From NCBI RefSeq assembly GCF_009914755.1, contig NC_060933.1: a stretch of 64,000 nt of DNA. One strand, given 5' to 3'. Below the pieces are notes generated by a model, which ran no database searches, was not told the origin of the DNA, and saw only the letters and a list, made by a program, of their open reading frames with translations. The stretch's first letter is position 1. The number at the start of each line of letters is the position of its first letter. Below, piece by piece: positions 30,761 to 46,003 of this stretch. This DNA is from the human T2T-CHM13v2.0 reference genome, Homo sapiens. The position numbers and the translations under genes were made by a program.

Positions 30761-31473
30761 ATAAAAGCCATGTCGTACTGGCAAAAGTATAGAAATATAG
30801 GTCACTGAAATAGAATTGAGAGTCTAGAAATAAGTCCATCTATCTAAAATCAATCGATTTTTTTTACAAGGGTCAAAGAACATTCAAGGAGGAAAGAACA
30901 CTCTCTTCAACAAATAGTGCTGGAATAACTGGTTATTTATATGTAAAAGAAAGAATGAAGTTAGACTCATTCTTTCCTCATACCATATACAAAAATTAAC
31001 TCAAAATTGACCAAAGACCTAAGTGCAAGAGCTAAAACTAGGGAAACCTTGTTCACTGTTGGTGGGACTATAAATTGGTACAGCCATTATGGAAAACAGT
31101 ATGGAGGTTCCTCAAAAACTCATACACAGAACGACTACATAATCTGCTTCTAGGTTAGGGGGAAGGAAGAGATGAATAGGGGAGCACAGAGAATCTTTAA
31201 GGCAGTCAAACTGTTCTGTATGATTCTGTATGATTCTTTAATGCCACTACGCATTTGTCCAGACTCACAGAATGTGCTAAACCAAGAGTGAATCCTAATG
31301 TAAAGTATGGATTCAGGGAGACAGTATGTCAATGTAGGGTCATCAATGTTAAGAAATATACCACTACTCTGGTGTGGAATGTTGATAGTGGAATAGACTA
31401 TGTACATGAGAGAAAGAAGTATATGGCAGCTCTCTGTGTTTTTTGCTCAATTTTGCTGTGAACCTAAAGCTAC

Positions 31474-31776
31474 TTTATTTATTATTATTTTTTGAGACAG
31501 GGTCTCACTCAGTCATCCAGGCTGGAGTACAGTGGCACAATCATAGCTCACTGCAGCCTCAATCTCCCAGGTCAAGCCATCCTCATACCTCAGTTTCCCA
31601 AGTAGCTGGGCCCACAGAGGCCCACTACCATGCATGGCTAATTTTTTTTTTATTATTATAGAGATGAGGTCTCACTATGTTGCCCAGGCTGATCTTGAAC
31701 TCCTGGCCTCAAGTGATTCTCCTGTTTTGGGCTCCAAAAGTGCTGGAATTACAGGAATGAACCACCATGCCCAGCC
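31474..31776 (-). mobile_element. AluJ
   Basis: Diverged Alu dimer. TSD CTAAAGCTAC at 31464 and 31777. Confidence 0.93.
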
Positions 31777-32273
31777 CTAAAGCTACATTAAAATATTAAT
31801 CTTATTTTAAAAAAATAAAATAAAAACCAAATGCATTTGCGGCAATAGCAGAAAAATCATGGTAAATCTCACAGTATGTGTCAGAAGGCATCCAAAGATA
31901 TGTTTTTGAAAAATGTAAATATGACCAGCAGTTAAATAAAAGTAAGATGTATAAGCTTCTAGATATCTAGTGGGGGTAAAGATAACAAAAAATGTGAAAT
32001 GCAATACAAATTATGAGAAAAAATGAGCTAAAATAAGATCATATACTGTCTGAGTAACCCCACATCTGGAAGTAATCCAAACTATGGAGGAAGTGTATAT
32101 ATTAATTGCAACACAAAGGAGACAACATTAATTTACAGAAGAAAACAAATAGTGGTGTACCCACTCAGTGTTTATTGTAGGAAGTTAAGAGATCACATCC
32201 CTGTTCCGCTCAGCTTCTAACCAACGGAGCAGACAAAAAGGGTCACATCAGGATCAAAGCTTTATTATAACAG

Positions 32274-32648
32274 TAAATCTGTCAGTTAGGGCTGCTATAA
32301 CAAATTAACATAGACTGGGTGGCTTAAACAATATTTATTCCTTGCAGTTCTGGAAGCTGGAAGGTCCAAGATCAAGGTGCGGGCAGATCTAGTGTCTGGT
32401 GAGGGCAGGCTTCCTTGTTTTCAGATGGCCATCTTCTCATTGTATCCTCACACAGTGGAGCGCCAGAGAGACAGGATAAAGAAGCCCTCTCTGACCTCTT
32501 CTTGTAAGGGCACTAATTCCATTCATGAAGCCTCCACCCTCACAACCTGATTATCTCCCAAGGCTCCCACCTCCTAACACTATCACCTAGGAGGTTAAAG
32601 TTTCAACATATGGATCTTTGGGGGACCCAAACATTCAGTTCATAACAG
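32274..32648 (-). mobile_element. MaLR solo LTR (MLT1A-like)
   Basis: GGGCTGCTATAACAAA..AGACTGGGTGGCTTAAACAA..CAAGATCAAGGTG..AACATTCAGTTCATAACA. Confidence 0.85.
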
Positions 32649-34439
32649 AGTGACTCTTCTCTTCCTCCTCCCAATTGAGGATAGTTTCCCCTTAACCTTT
32701 CCTGTACCTGGACAGAGAGAGCAGAAGCGTGACTACTTACAGTCACATTAGTTCATACAGCCATGGTTCCCAATCCTGGCTTTGCACCTGGAGAGAATCA
32801 AAAATATCCCTGTCTGGGCCCACCTCTACTGATTCTGTATTAATTGGTCTGTAGTATGACCTGGGCATCAGTATACTTTTAGAGCTATCACATGTTTCTG
32901 ATATGCTGTGGGATTGTTCTGTGCCACTCACACAGAAGATTGAAGCTCAGGGCTAGCCAGAATAAATGTAAAGATTACTAATTAGAAAAATTCCTCCTCT
33001 TCCTGTGTATAAGTGGTAGGTGAGGGTTAGACTAGAAATTTTCCTGCCAGTTTGTTTACTTCTGCACTGTGAGGTAAGATTGGTTCTCTTTATGGACACT
33101 TGAGGGTGAAGAATTAAATGGTTCCTACCACCAGGTATTTAGCAGCCATGAAAATTCTTATAACAGTGACACTGTAACACCATGGAAAATTATTTTGACA
33201 TTATTTTAAACATTTTTGCAAAACTGTATGTAAATTGTTATTATGAAAATATGCATATGAATAAAATTTTTATATTCTAGTGGTAGGATAATTTTTTAAT
33301 CAAATAAAGCACACTAAGACCCTGCTACTTACTCAATGTGTGGTCCACTGAGCAGCAACATTGGAATTACATGAAAAATTATTATTAGAAATAAAAGTTC
33401 CATGTAAAGTTTGAAAAGCACTGTGCTAGGAAATTGTCAAAAGAAGCAGAAGCAGAAGAAACAGAAGAGGGAGAGGAAGAAAAGGAAAGACAGAGAAGAG
33501 AAGAGAATAGAGGGGGCAGGGGCAGGATTCCAGGAAAATGTATAATTTGTTAAGAAATTAAAAAGGTATCTTTTTCACCAGTGCTGTACAAACTGTGAGC
33601 TTTTCCAGCAAAAAAGAACATAGTTGTCAATGGGTGCTTATGAATATTTGCACATGCTTTGTGACCAGCTGCTTTGGGAAATAATTAATAAATATATAAC
33701 ATAGCCTTTTCTCTCTTCAACAGTATAATCCAGTTTCAAAAATGATGCTGATGGACTTGAAAAATGGACCATAATCATAACAACTTTTCTCTGTTACTTA
33801 ACAGTTTACAAAGCAAAATTGCATGCACAATGTTAGAAGCATAATTAACTTGTGAAGAAAGTAATGCAGGTATTATCATCTCTGGGAAAACCCAGGCTCA
33901 CAGATGCAAGACCTCAATCAAAATGACACAATGAGGAAGTGATGGGATTGAGTTGAACAAAAGTGGATGAAGCCTGATGACTTCAAATCCAATGCACATG
34001 GGCTGCATATGTGCTGATTCATGCAGTACACTCTGTAAGATTAACACCATGAACAATGGAAGAGATTGACAGCAAGGAGGCCCATTTGTAATTTGCATAG
34101 GAAGTGATAAAGATCTAGATGAGGTAAAAGTTATGAGAATTGAATATAGTTCAATTTGGAGGGGAAATATGGAATACAAGCCACAGGTTAGTTGGAGACA
34201 GATGATCTGATCAAGGGTTAACTCCAAGCAAGTAACTTATTCTTTCTGTGCCTCATGGGGGTAATAACAGCAATTACTTCATCAGGTTGCTGAGAGACAT
34301 AGTGAGTTAATATGTGGAGAGATCCTCAAACAGTGTCTGACACATAGTAAATGCTATATAAAAGCTATTACTACTACTCAGATGCAAGAGATTTTAGGAG
34401 GATTAATTGATAAGCTTCAAAACACATCACATTAAGCCA

Positions 34440-34612
34440 ATGGTCTTGACTGTAGCTACGTATTAGAATCATTTGGGGAATATTTAAAAATACTGACACC
34501 TAAGCTTTACCTCATAGCAAGTGGATCCAAATCTCTAGAGTGGAGGCCCAGGAAACTGAATTTTTTAAAACTCCCAGGTGATTCTAACGCACAGTGAAAG
34601 TTGAAAAGCACC
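34440..34612. mobile_element. MER5-type hAT MITE (similar remnants at ~32760-32900 and ~33320-33430)
   Basis: ..TATTAGAATCATTTGGGGA..CTCCCAGGTGATTCTAA..GTTGAAAAGCAC. Confidence 0.6.
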
Positions 34613-35650
34613 GATATAGACAGAGGAAGAATTAGGCTTGACTTATTGGAACCTTAGATATCAGTGGTGATAATGGCAATAAATGAAGAGCTGTGGAAAT
34701 GAATCTACTGTGAGGATTTAATTTCCTAGATTTTCACTGTAAGGTGATATTAATTTGAAAAGAGAAGTGATATATTAAGAGTGGATGAGTTCTGTGACAG
34801 GATGAGACAAGCATAGGCAAGGTGCCGAAGACTTGAAGTAGAAGGAAGAGATGTCACACAAGGTACAGAAAAGATGGAGAGACATTAGAGGACAGCAATG
34901 GTACAGTGTCATGGGAGCCATGCATATGGGTGAGGTGATGGTTCCCAACAAACTATGTCAAAACTCACAGGCAGACAATGTACATTAAGCATTGAGATAA
35001 GACCACTGGATGTTGCCAATGGTTTGAGAAAGGTAGAATGTATTGAGTGAACAGAAGATGCTGGTGAGAGGACAGTGTGGAAGTAGTCAGGGGAATATAG
35101 AAATTATACCTGAAATGGGGAGATCCCAGGGATTGAAGTAGTACCTTGGGATGTGGGTGGAGGGGCTTATAGAGGAATAAAGACAGAAGTCAGCAAACTC
35201 AGTAAGGAGAAGTAGCAGAGAAGACCAGATTTTGGCTGGACCAATAATGCTGAAGGTGTCCCAAGAAGAGTGTTGTGTGATTGTCAAGGTGCCTTCTAGA
35301 GTTCTTACAACTCTAGAAGCCATAGATGATGTCCTGGAAATCCTCAGCACAGGAAACCCTGCTTACAATTACATTACAATCTATTTGAGTGAAGCTGCAT
35401 CTCAAGTGGGGTGAAGGGCAAAAGTCAATGCATAAAAGTGAAAATCGAGTACCCTCAAAATTACCATTTTAATATTTTAAGAAGCACCGAAGTGGAGAGC
35501 AATTTTCCAGCTGCCAAAAAGCTAAGCAAAGTACCAATGTTTTAATCAGTGTTAAGATAGTTCATTGTTCCTTCTTTTATGCAACAAAGTAGTTAGCTTG
35601 CATTTTTCTGTCTATATTTTATTTTTAATGCACATTAAAAATTAATTTAA

Positions 35651-37283
<1,633 letters not shown>

Positions 37284-37908
37284 AAAAATTAATTTAAAAT
37301 ATATAAAATAGAATTCAAATGCATCAGAGTTAGATGCTCACACTATAAGAAACCCATGGAAATTAATCCCAACTCATGGAACAGTAGAATCGTGATTATC
37401 ATTTCATACTCACTCTGGGACATATTTTTGCTCATTGAATGGAACAGGTAGCGAACTTAGCCCTATTTGTCTAAACTGTCATCTTCCCTTACTTTCTGAT
37501 ATACGCAAACACACTCCCACAAGAACACACACCAACCTAAATGTCATGATGATGATTAACTCTACTGCTCTTCGTTTAGTTCATAGTTTCACAATCCTAT
37601 CCTCATATTCCCTCAGAACTCTAAAATTAAAACTACCCAGACTTGGTAATTCTTTTTCATCCACTTTGATAAAATAAAAGGCCTGATGGAGGGTGCCCAG
37701 AGGTATGCTGATAAGGGAGCCCTGATCTTATGTGTCTATGAATGTGGAATGTTCATGGCTCCATCAAAGCACAACATTGACAAGAGCCAAATCTGGAGTT
37801 CCTTAAGTTATCTAGGCCCTCCACCCCTCTGATCTCCCCAAAACCAACTCTGCTCAGAATATGCCCATGACTTTTCTCACCTATTCAATATGGCCCACAG
37901 CAGGCTAA

Positions 37909-38866
37909 TCAGGGGTCTACCTTCCCCCATTCAAGCAGCCTGCAGAGTGCACCCTTGACATCCTTATTGTGGAGGCTATACACAAATGGGTTGGCCAAAG
38001 GTGTAATGGCAGTATACATTACTGAAGCCACCATGTCCTGATACTGAGAGTTCTGGAAGGGAGGCTGGAAGTAGACCCAAATGATGGTGCCGTAGAGGAA
38101 ACCAACCATGGTGAGGTGGGATCCACAGGTGGAGACTGCTCGGCGGCGACCAGCAGCTGAAGGCAAACGTAGAATAGCGGCCCCAATTCGGACATAAGAG
38201 AGTACAATGAGGGCACAGGGGCCCAGCATAAGGAAGCCACCCTCAAAGAATATGGCCAGCTCATTAGAATGTATGTCAGAACAAGAGGCTCGCAGAAGTG
38301 GCCGGTGGTCACAAAAGAAGTGAGGAAGGTTAACGTTGCCCCCAGCATCCCCAGTCCAGCAAAGAGGCAGGACGAGTCCCACACGCAACATGGTGTGCAG
38401 TATGGACACCACCCAGCTCGAGGCTAGTAAGCAGGCACACCGTTGGTGATTCATTACCAGAGCATAGTGCAGGGGGTCACAGATGGCCACATAGCGATCC
38501 AGAGCCATGACAGCAATGACAAGTGTATCTGTAACCCCAAATGCATAGAAGAAAAAGAACTGAGCCAAGCAGCGGGCAGCAGGAATGGTTGGGTAATGAG
38601 AGACCAAATGGGCCAGCAACTGGGGCAGTGTAACTGTGGATAGCCCCATGTCTATCACAGAGAGGCCACGAAGCAGATAATACATGGGTGAGTGCAGTCT
38701 GGAGTCCCAGGAGATGAGCAGCACCAGTGTCACATTCCCCAGTATGGTGGTCAGGTAAATAGCCAGGAACAGGAAGAAGAGGAGAGTGTAGGAGATGTTA
38801 GCTCTCGAGAACCCAAGGAGCAAAAAAAACCGGAGAGTGTGAAGCATTAGGGGCAAAGCTCATCAT
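37909..38866 (-). pseudogene. OR1B1: Olfactory receptor 1B1, frameshift (segregating-pseudogene type) allele
   Basis: ATGATG at 38866 gives MMSFAPNASHSPVF. A T8 run (A8 at 38822-38829; T7 needed) shifts the frame to a stop at 38800-38798. The receptor body (PMYYLL, MALDRYVAIC, STCGSHL, PLANPFVYSL) is open to 37909. Confidence 0.93.
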
Positions 38867-38880
38867 GAGTGACAGTCAGC

Positions 38881-38912
38881 CTGCCTGAAAGACAGTTTAA
38901 GTCAAAAAGAAA
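38881..38912 (-). promoter_or_regulatory. Probable splice acceptor(s) of the OR1B1 coding exon
   Basis: Minus strand TTTCTTTTTGACTTAAACTGTCTTTCAG|GCAG| 14-18 nt before the ATG. Confidence 0.5.
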
Positions 38913-39374
38913 GTCATGGGTCTGATATTAGGGATCATAGCATTTCTAGTTAATTATATTACGTTACTGAAGATCGTTAAAGACCTAGATTGGAACTTGA
39001 CCATCTACTCTCCCTCCCTAAGGTCTAGGATTTCGCTTCCTTAATATGTATTTATTTTCTCCTTTATTTCTTCCTTTTCACCCACCCTAGTGACTTGTTC
39101 CATCTAATTCACAAGCCCTACTAAAGTCCCTCCCACAGTGAAAAACTCTTCATTCATTCTTGTCTTTTCATCCAACTATTTCTTATCTTTTTCCAGTGGC
39201 CGACTTCATGAAAGAATTATCTATATTCACTGTCTCCAGTTCCTTACCTTCCATTCACACCTCACCCAACTGCAATCCTCATGATGTCTTCTCTCTGAAC
39301 CTGTATGGAAAATAACATACCATTAAAACACATACCATACAAAGAAACAATTCTTTCGACATAGCTGACTTTTT

Positions 39375-39585
39375 TACATTTTCCTCTAAGGTCTGGAACA
39401 AGACAAGGATGTCCACTTTTACCACTCCTATTCAACATAGTAATAGAAGTTCTAGCCAGAGCAATTAGACCAATGAAAGAAAAGCCACCCAAATTGGAAA
39501 AGAGGAAGCCAAATTATCCATGTTTGCTGATAACGTGATCTTATATTTAGAAAAACCTAAAGACCCCACCAAAAAACTCTTAGAT
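39375..39585 (+). mobile_element. L1M ORF2 RT fragment
   Basis: GGAACAAGACAAGGATG..CACTCCTATTCAACATAG..TTTGCTGATAACGTG. Confidence 0.8.
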
Positions 39586-40025
39586 GAGATACTGCTTTAG
39601 AATGTCATGAAATTACTTTTTCTTTCTCTTTATTCCCTGTGTTAGTTAATAGCATTATCATTATCATCAGCCTGATGCACAAACAAAAAACTGAAGGAAT
39701 TACTCCATCATCTCCCACATCCAATCATTCCTTAACGTCTATGTTTTCCCTTATATCCATTCTTTGCTGTTAGTCCACTATGACTATTTAAGTTTTAGCA
39801 TCTCTAACCAATACTAATTTCTACAACCTCATTACTGGTTTCTCTACTTGACTCTCCTGATAGGTCTTCCATACTGATACTGGAATAAAACTTTCAATAT
39901 GTGACTCCTTGTTTAAATAGTCAGGGACTTCAGAATAAAATCCAAATGCTTAATCTGTCTTGTATGGAACTTTCATTATTAGTACCTAACTTCTCTTAGA
40001 ATTATACTGAGTCACCTATCCAGGG

Positions 40026-40330
<305 letters not shown>

Positions 40331-40430
40331 CCAGTGTTTTAAACTAGACATTTTTTCTTAATTCTCAAACATGGTAAGCTCTCACACCCCTGCACATCTT
40401 CCCATTATTTTGAGAATTTGGGCTTTCTGA

Positions 40431-40801
<371 letters not shown>

Positions 40802-41739
40802 AATAACATACTTTTAAAATCATAACTAAGCTTTCAAGAACATAAGGGAAATACAAGAGTCTGTAATCAAAGAGGAATATGAAAAATTAATATCTAAAAA
40901 CTATCTGTGATTATGGAGGTAGTGATGGCAGGTGACAGGTGGCAGGTAGGTTCAAGGGCATCACATCAGTCTTCATAGTCCACAGGTTTGATTATTAACA
41001 TCCGTGTGGAACAGGAGATAAGAGCTTAAACCTGTATGAGGCAGGAGGTAGAGACCACCACATAAATTGAGGACACTCAAAAGGCTAAACTTTCAGCAAA
41101 AGGGTATACACGAACAGGAAAACACACACACACACCTACACCCACACAGGGTATGTGAGAACAAATGAAAATTCAGATCGCTCAGTCTGGACTACATGGA
41201 AGGAAAAGGGCTTTCCATGGGAATGCAGTTATGGATCTGTACCACATAAGAAGTGCATAATGCTAATTTACAAAATACATACAATTCTAGAACTCTCAAA
41301 ATAAAAAATCAACATAAAAATTATCTTCATACAGGTAAAAGCATTGGAGTACCTTTTAGAAGTGAACATAAAACTTCTCAGTGACTTATAGACTCTAGAC
41401 AGGAATCCCACAAACAGAAATCCACCAAAGATGAGCTCACAATTCAAAATTACAAAACACACATAAAGTCTATTCATTATGAAGATACTCATCAATCAAC
41501 AAATAATGTGATAACCTCCTCCAAATGTCATAAAATTAACCAATCTGTTAAGGAATATACATTATATTTAAAGTACTTAGTGTCTAAGAGAGAAAATAAA
41601 GATTATAAGAAAGAAGTTATCAAAAAAAAAACATATTTTTAAAGGCCCAAAAAGAATTACTAGAAAACAAAAACATTCACATTGAAATGAAAAACTCAAT
41701 GGATGGGTTAGACAGTGGCTGAAGAGAGAAGTTAGTTCT

Positions 41740-42035
41740 TTTAAAAATTTTTCTCTATTTCCATAGGTTTTGGAAGAACAGGTGGTATTTGGTTACAAGA
41801 GTAAGTTCTTTAGTGGTGATTTCTGAGATTTTGGTGCACCCATCACCCAAGCAGTATACACAGCACCCAATTTGTAGTCTTTTATCCCTCACCCCCCTTC
41901 CACCGCTTCCCCCAAGTCCCCAAAGTCCATTGTATCATTCTTTTCCCTTTGCATCCTCATAGCTTAGCTCCTACTTATGAGTGAGAACATTCAATGTTTG
42001 GTTTTCCATTCCTCAGTTACTTCACCTAGAATAAT
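41740..42035 (-). mobile_element. L1PB-type 3' end
   Basis: ..GGTGGTATTTGGTTAC..GTAAGTTCTTTAGTGGTGATTTCTGAGATTTTGGTGCACCC.. Confidence 0.8.
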
Positions 42036-42087
42036 GGAAAGCAGCTAATTCTAAGAAAAATACCCAGGAGACAGTACAAAGTGACCC

Positions 42088-42187
42088 AGATAATATGAAG
42101 GGGGTTTGTATTAGTTTGTTTTCACCCTGCTGATAAAGATAATATGAAGGGGGGTTGTATTAGTTTGTTTTCACCCTGCTGATAAAG
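42088..42187. repeat. 49-bp tandem duplication spanning an LTR boundary
   Basis: AGATAATATGAAGGGGG(T/G)TTGTATTAGTTTGTTTTCACCCTGCTGATAA twice (42088 and 42137). Confidence 0.95.
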
Positions 42188-42494
42188 GCATACCCAAGAC
42201 TGGGCAATTTAGAAAATAAAGAGGTTAAAAGGACTTACAGTTCCACATGGCTGGGGAGACCTCACAATCATGGCAGAAGTTGAAAGGCACATCTCACGTG
42301 GCGGCAGACAAGAGAGCTTCTGCAGGGAAACTCCCCTTTATAAAACCATCAGATCTCATGAGACTTATTTACAATCATGAGAACAGCACAGGACAGACCT
42401 GCACCCATGATTCAATTACCTCCCACCAAGTCCCTCCCTGAACACATAGGAATTCAAGATGAGATTTGGGTGGGGACACAGCCAAACCATATCA
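42156..42494 (-). mobile_element. THE1 (B/C-like) solo LTR
   Basis: TGTATTAGT..GCTGATAAAG..ACCCAAGACTGGG..GAGATTTGGGTGGGGACACAGCCAAACCATATCA. Confidence 0.92.
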
Positions 42495-42972
42495 AGAGTT
42501 AAGAATTTCAGGAAACAAAATAAGAAGACCCATTATATATCAAATAAGTCCAAGAAAAAAACTGGATACTACATACAAAAGAATGGAATTGGACCCTTAT
42601 CTCACACCATTCACTAAATCAACTCAAAATGGACTGAAGACCTAAACACAAGACCTGAAACCACAAAATTCCAAGAAGAAAATACAAGGGGGAGACTCCT
42701 TGACATTAGTTTTGGCAATCATTTTCTGGATATTACACCAAATGCTCAGGCAACAAAAGCAAACATAAACAAGTGAGACTACATCAAACTAAAAAGCTTT
42801 TGCACAGCAAAGGAAATAATCAACAGAATGAAAAGGCAGCCAACAGACTGGGAGAAAATATTTGCAAACAATATATCTGATAAGGGGTTAATATTCAAAA
42901 TATGCTTAAAAACTTATACTCAATAGCAAAATAATAATAATAATAATAACCAAGTTTCAAAATGGGCAAAGA

Positions 42973-43260
42973 GGCCAGGCATGGTGGCTCATGCCTGTAA
43001 TCCCAGAATTTTGGGAAGCCAAGGCAGGCAGATCACTTGAGGTCAGGAGTTTGAGACCAGCCTGGCCAACATGGAAAAACCTCGTCTCTACTAAAAATAC
43101 AAAAATTAGCCCGGCATGGTGGGACATGCCTGTGGTCCCAGCTACTTGGGAGGCTGAAGCAGGAGAATTTCTTGAACCCAGACGCAGAAGTTGCTGTGAG
43201 CTGAGATCACACCACTGCACTCCAGCTTGGGTGACAGGGTGAGACTATGTCTCAAAAAAA
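42973..43260 (+). mobile_element. AluS
   Basis: Full dimer GGCCAGGCATGG..GTCTCAAAAAAA. Confidence 0.95.
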
Positions 43261-43289
43261 GGGTGGGGTGGGGGGGTGCAAAAAGAACG

Positions 43290-44041
<752 letters not shown>

Positions 44042-45554
44042 GAACCTGAATAAATATTCATCCAAAGATATACAAATGGCCATAGGTATATGAAAGTGTG
44101 CTTAACATCACTAATCGTCAGGGAAATGAAAATCAAAATCACAATGAGATAGCACCTCACACCTGCTAGGATGGTTATTATGCGGAATAACAAGAAGAAA
44201 TAACAAGTGTTGGCAAGGATATGAAGGAAAGGGAACACTTGCACATTGTTGGAAGGAATGTAAATTGGTGCATCCATTATGGAAAACAGTACAGAGGGTC
44301 TTTAAAAACTTAAAAATAGAACAACCAGGTGACCCAGCAATCCCTCTCCTGGGTATACACCCGAAGGAAAATAAATCAGCACCTCATAGAGATATCTGCA
44401 CTCCCATGTTCACTGCAGCATTATTCACAATAGCTAAAATATGGAAACAACCTAAGTGTCTTTTAATGAATGAATGGCTAAAGAAATTGTGGAATATTAT
44501 TTAGCCTTTAAAAAGGAAGAGGTTCTGCTCTTTTTTGTGATAACATAAATGAACCTGGAGGATATTATGTTAAGTGAGATAAGCCAGGCACAGAAAAAAA
44601 TACTGCATAATTTTACTTTTATGTAGAACCTTACGTTTTAAAAACTAAATACATAGAAACAGTGACTAGAAGGGTGATTAGCAGGAGTCGGGGAAGGGAA
44701 AAAATGAGTAGTTAGAGCTCAAAAGATACAAAGTTACAGTTTTGTAGGATGGATGTCTAGAGGTATACTGTACAGCAAGAAGACATATTAATAATATTGC
44801 ATTGTATACTTCTATCATGGAAATTTGCCAAGAGAGTAGATTTAAGGTGTTCTTACCACAAAAAAATAGGTAACTATGTGAGATAATGGATATGTTAATT
44901 TGCTTGACTGTTGTAACCATTTCACTATGTATGTGTACATTAAAACCTTATGTTGTACACATTAAATATACACAATAAAAAATAAGTCCAAGATTAAGTA
45001 TATGAGAAAATAGAGGAGAGGCAATATTGAAGAGACACAAACTAAGAATTTGCCAGACTTAATGAAGGAAATGAATCCTCAGATTGAAGAATCACAGTAA
45101 CTCCCAAACAAGATAAATTTTTTAAATTCCATACATAGACACTATGTTAGGGAAACCACTGAATAGAAATTCGAAGAGGTTATATTAAAAGCAACAAGAA
45201 AGACAAATAGACTGACAAAAGATTTATCAGCAACAAGAGATTCTAGAAAATCAGGAAATAATATTTCCAAAGTGCTGAGAGAAAATAATGACCAAACTCA
45301 AATTCTATATCCCTTTAAACTATTGAAAAAATAAAAAAGCATTTTTACGGATACTGTTTTCTCTTTCATGGAATGTCCTCCCATCCTGTTAGGGCCCAAA
45401 CTTAGGACCACATGCTAACAAGTAAAAAGCTGCTCATGTTGAAGGTCTCAGTCAGGCTTCGTTTCTACTTGGAGACTTCACCAAGTCCCTGCACGGTCAT
45501 TTTAGTGGAGCATTTTTTGCTTTTCAAGTAACTTCGTAAATACTGACTTGCCTA

Positions 45555-46003
<449 letters not shown>

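Larger units (their letters stand above)
28200..31470 (+). mobile_element. Old L1M (MC/MD-like) fragments hosting the HERVK9 provirus
   Basis: ORF2-like sequence breaks at ~28831 and resumes at 30761 (..ACAAAGTTATGAA|ATAAAAGCCATGTCGTACTGG..). Confidence 0.7.
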
